From sequence record PV611675.1: DNA of 64,000 bases; one strand, 5' to 3'. Within the stretch, counting starts at the first letter, position 1. Every line of letters begins with the position of its first letter. This DNA is from Acinetobacter phage vB_AbaM_14/CRR8. The notes under the pieces are model-generated. The model did not search any database, was not told the DNA's origin, and saw only the letters and a program-made list of their open reading frames with translations. A program made the position numbers and the translations under genes. Positions 63,392 to 64,000 of this stretch are shown piece by piece.

Positions 63392-63703
63392 ATGACAACA
63401 TTAAATCAAGCGGTAAATGGTGAATTAGTAAAGGGTACTATTGTACTATCTCAAATCATCCGTGAGACAGATTTCTTTATGGACGACATAGGCAATCGTT
63501 ACAGCTTGCAAATGTCAGGTGATGCAGACATAGACGGCAATGATGAATATGCATTGCACGATTATGAAGGTGGAACTCTTGGCTATGTGATTGAGTCTGA
63601 CATGGTGGCATATACAGTCGATTGTGCTAAGAACATCACTAAGGTCCGTATATGTGGTCTATGGCTACTACCTTATAAGCATGTACCAGTCAAGCTCATC
63701 TAA
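63392..63703 (+). CDS. hypothetical protein
   Basis: 103 aa. RBS aaggtgtaagaca-ATG. Confidence 0.4.
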   Translation: MTTLNQAVNGELVKGTIVLSQIIRETDFFMDDIGNRYSLQMSGDADIDGNDEYALHDYEGGTLGYVIESDMVAYTVDCAKNITKVRICGLWLLPYKHVPVKLI

Positions 63704-63723
63704 TGTGTAAGACAACAAACAAC

Positions 63724-63750
63724 AAGAGGGCCTAGTGTCCTCTTTCTTAT
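63724..63750 (+). terminator. intrinsic terminator AAGAGGgcctagtgtCCTCTT + TCTTATTG
   Basis: Loop contains CCTAGTG, as in the terminators at 7302 and 21075. Confidence 0.5.
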
Positions 63751-63960
63751 TGTCATAATATCAATAACAATATCACATCATTAACTATTTATTATAACAG
63801 CATAGTGCATCAACCAACTGTACACCATACAACATATAAACAATAACAGCAAACACATCACAAATTTTATTAACTCCATAGCATACTCTCCTAAAGTATA
63901 ACACAGATATTCAAATCTATATAGCCAAATATTTACAAATTTTTCACAGATATTCCAATT
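63746..63960 (+). other. G-depleted (A/C/T-rich), strand-asymmetric non-coding tract containing CAGATATTC(A/C)A repeats, ending in a TTGACT promoter-like site at 63961
   Basis: About 215 nt with only a handful of G residues on the + strand and no ORF on either strand. The motif cagatattcaa / cagatattccaatttttcag recurs at 54088-54120. Confidence 0.4.
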
Positions 63961-64000
63961 TTTCAGTTGACTTATATTTTAGGGTGTGGTAGGATGGGTT

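Overview
This window is a 64 kb segment of a tailed dsDNA phage genome. About 97% of predicted genes lie on the + strand, so it is essentially one long co-directional early/middle transcription unit. Many sigma70-type promoters (aGTTGTTGACA-N17-(c)cATAAT) and intrinsic terminators are spaced along it. No tRNA, rRNA, CRISPR array or integrase was found. Gene order along the window is as follows. (1) 1-5.6 kb: the end of a contractile-tail baseplate module (spike tip, gp25/W-like, J-like, fibre proteins). (2) 5.6-7.3 kb: a lysis cassette of two small membrane proteins and a GH19 endolysin. (3) 7.3-8.3 kb: the only minus-strand island in the window, holding a DUF2493/SLOG-like gene and a putative DNA-binding protein. 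(4) 8.7-24 kb: a T7-like replisome (primase-helicase, PolA with 3'-5' exonuclease, FEN, HNH, DEDDh exonuclease) combined with T4-like nucleotide metabolism (dCMP deaminase and an unusual single-chain NrdB-NrdA ribonucleotide reductase). (5) 24-27.6 kb: a cluster of membrane proteins including a LemA-like gene. (6) 27.9-35.5 kb: ThyA, DHFR, an ATP-dependent DNA ligase, an SF1 helicase and a T4 gp1-like dNMP kinase. (7) 37.8-47.5 kb: an RNA-repair and NAD-restoration island. It holds a second RNA-ligase-like nucleotidyltransferase, a Pnk-type kinase, a calcineurin-like phosphoesterase, Rnl2, a Prs-like protein, a NAMPT-like protein and a macro domain protein. The Prs-like and NAMPT-like pair matches the NAD+ reconstitution (NARP1-type) anti-immunity pathway. 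(8) 47.6-54 kb: hypothetical genes including a PspA/IM30 homologue. (9) 54.1-54.8 kb: a non-coding control region with a candidate roughly 220 nt ncRNA. (10) 54.8-62.3 kb: a more AT-rich block of about 25 small ORFs behind repeated near-consensus promoters, which looks like host-takeover early genes. (11) 62.3-64 kb: a non-coding region with TATCTAG iterons, hairpins, divergent promoters and a G-depleted tract, a candidate origin or terminus. The most notable items are the NARP1-like cassette with its coupled macro domain and RNA-repair genes, the fused RNR, the candidate ncRNA, the promoter -10 boxes nested in inverted repeats, and the iteron and orphan-promoter region at the right end. All functional calls rest on motif recognition by eye; no database search was possible.
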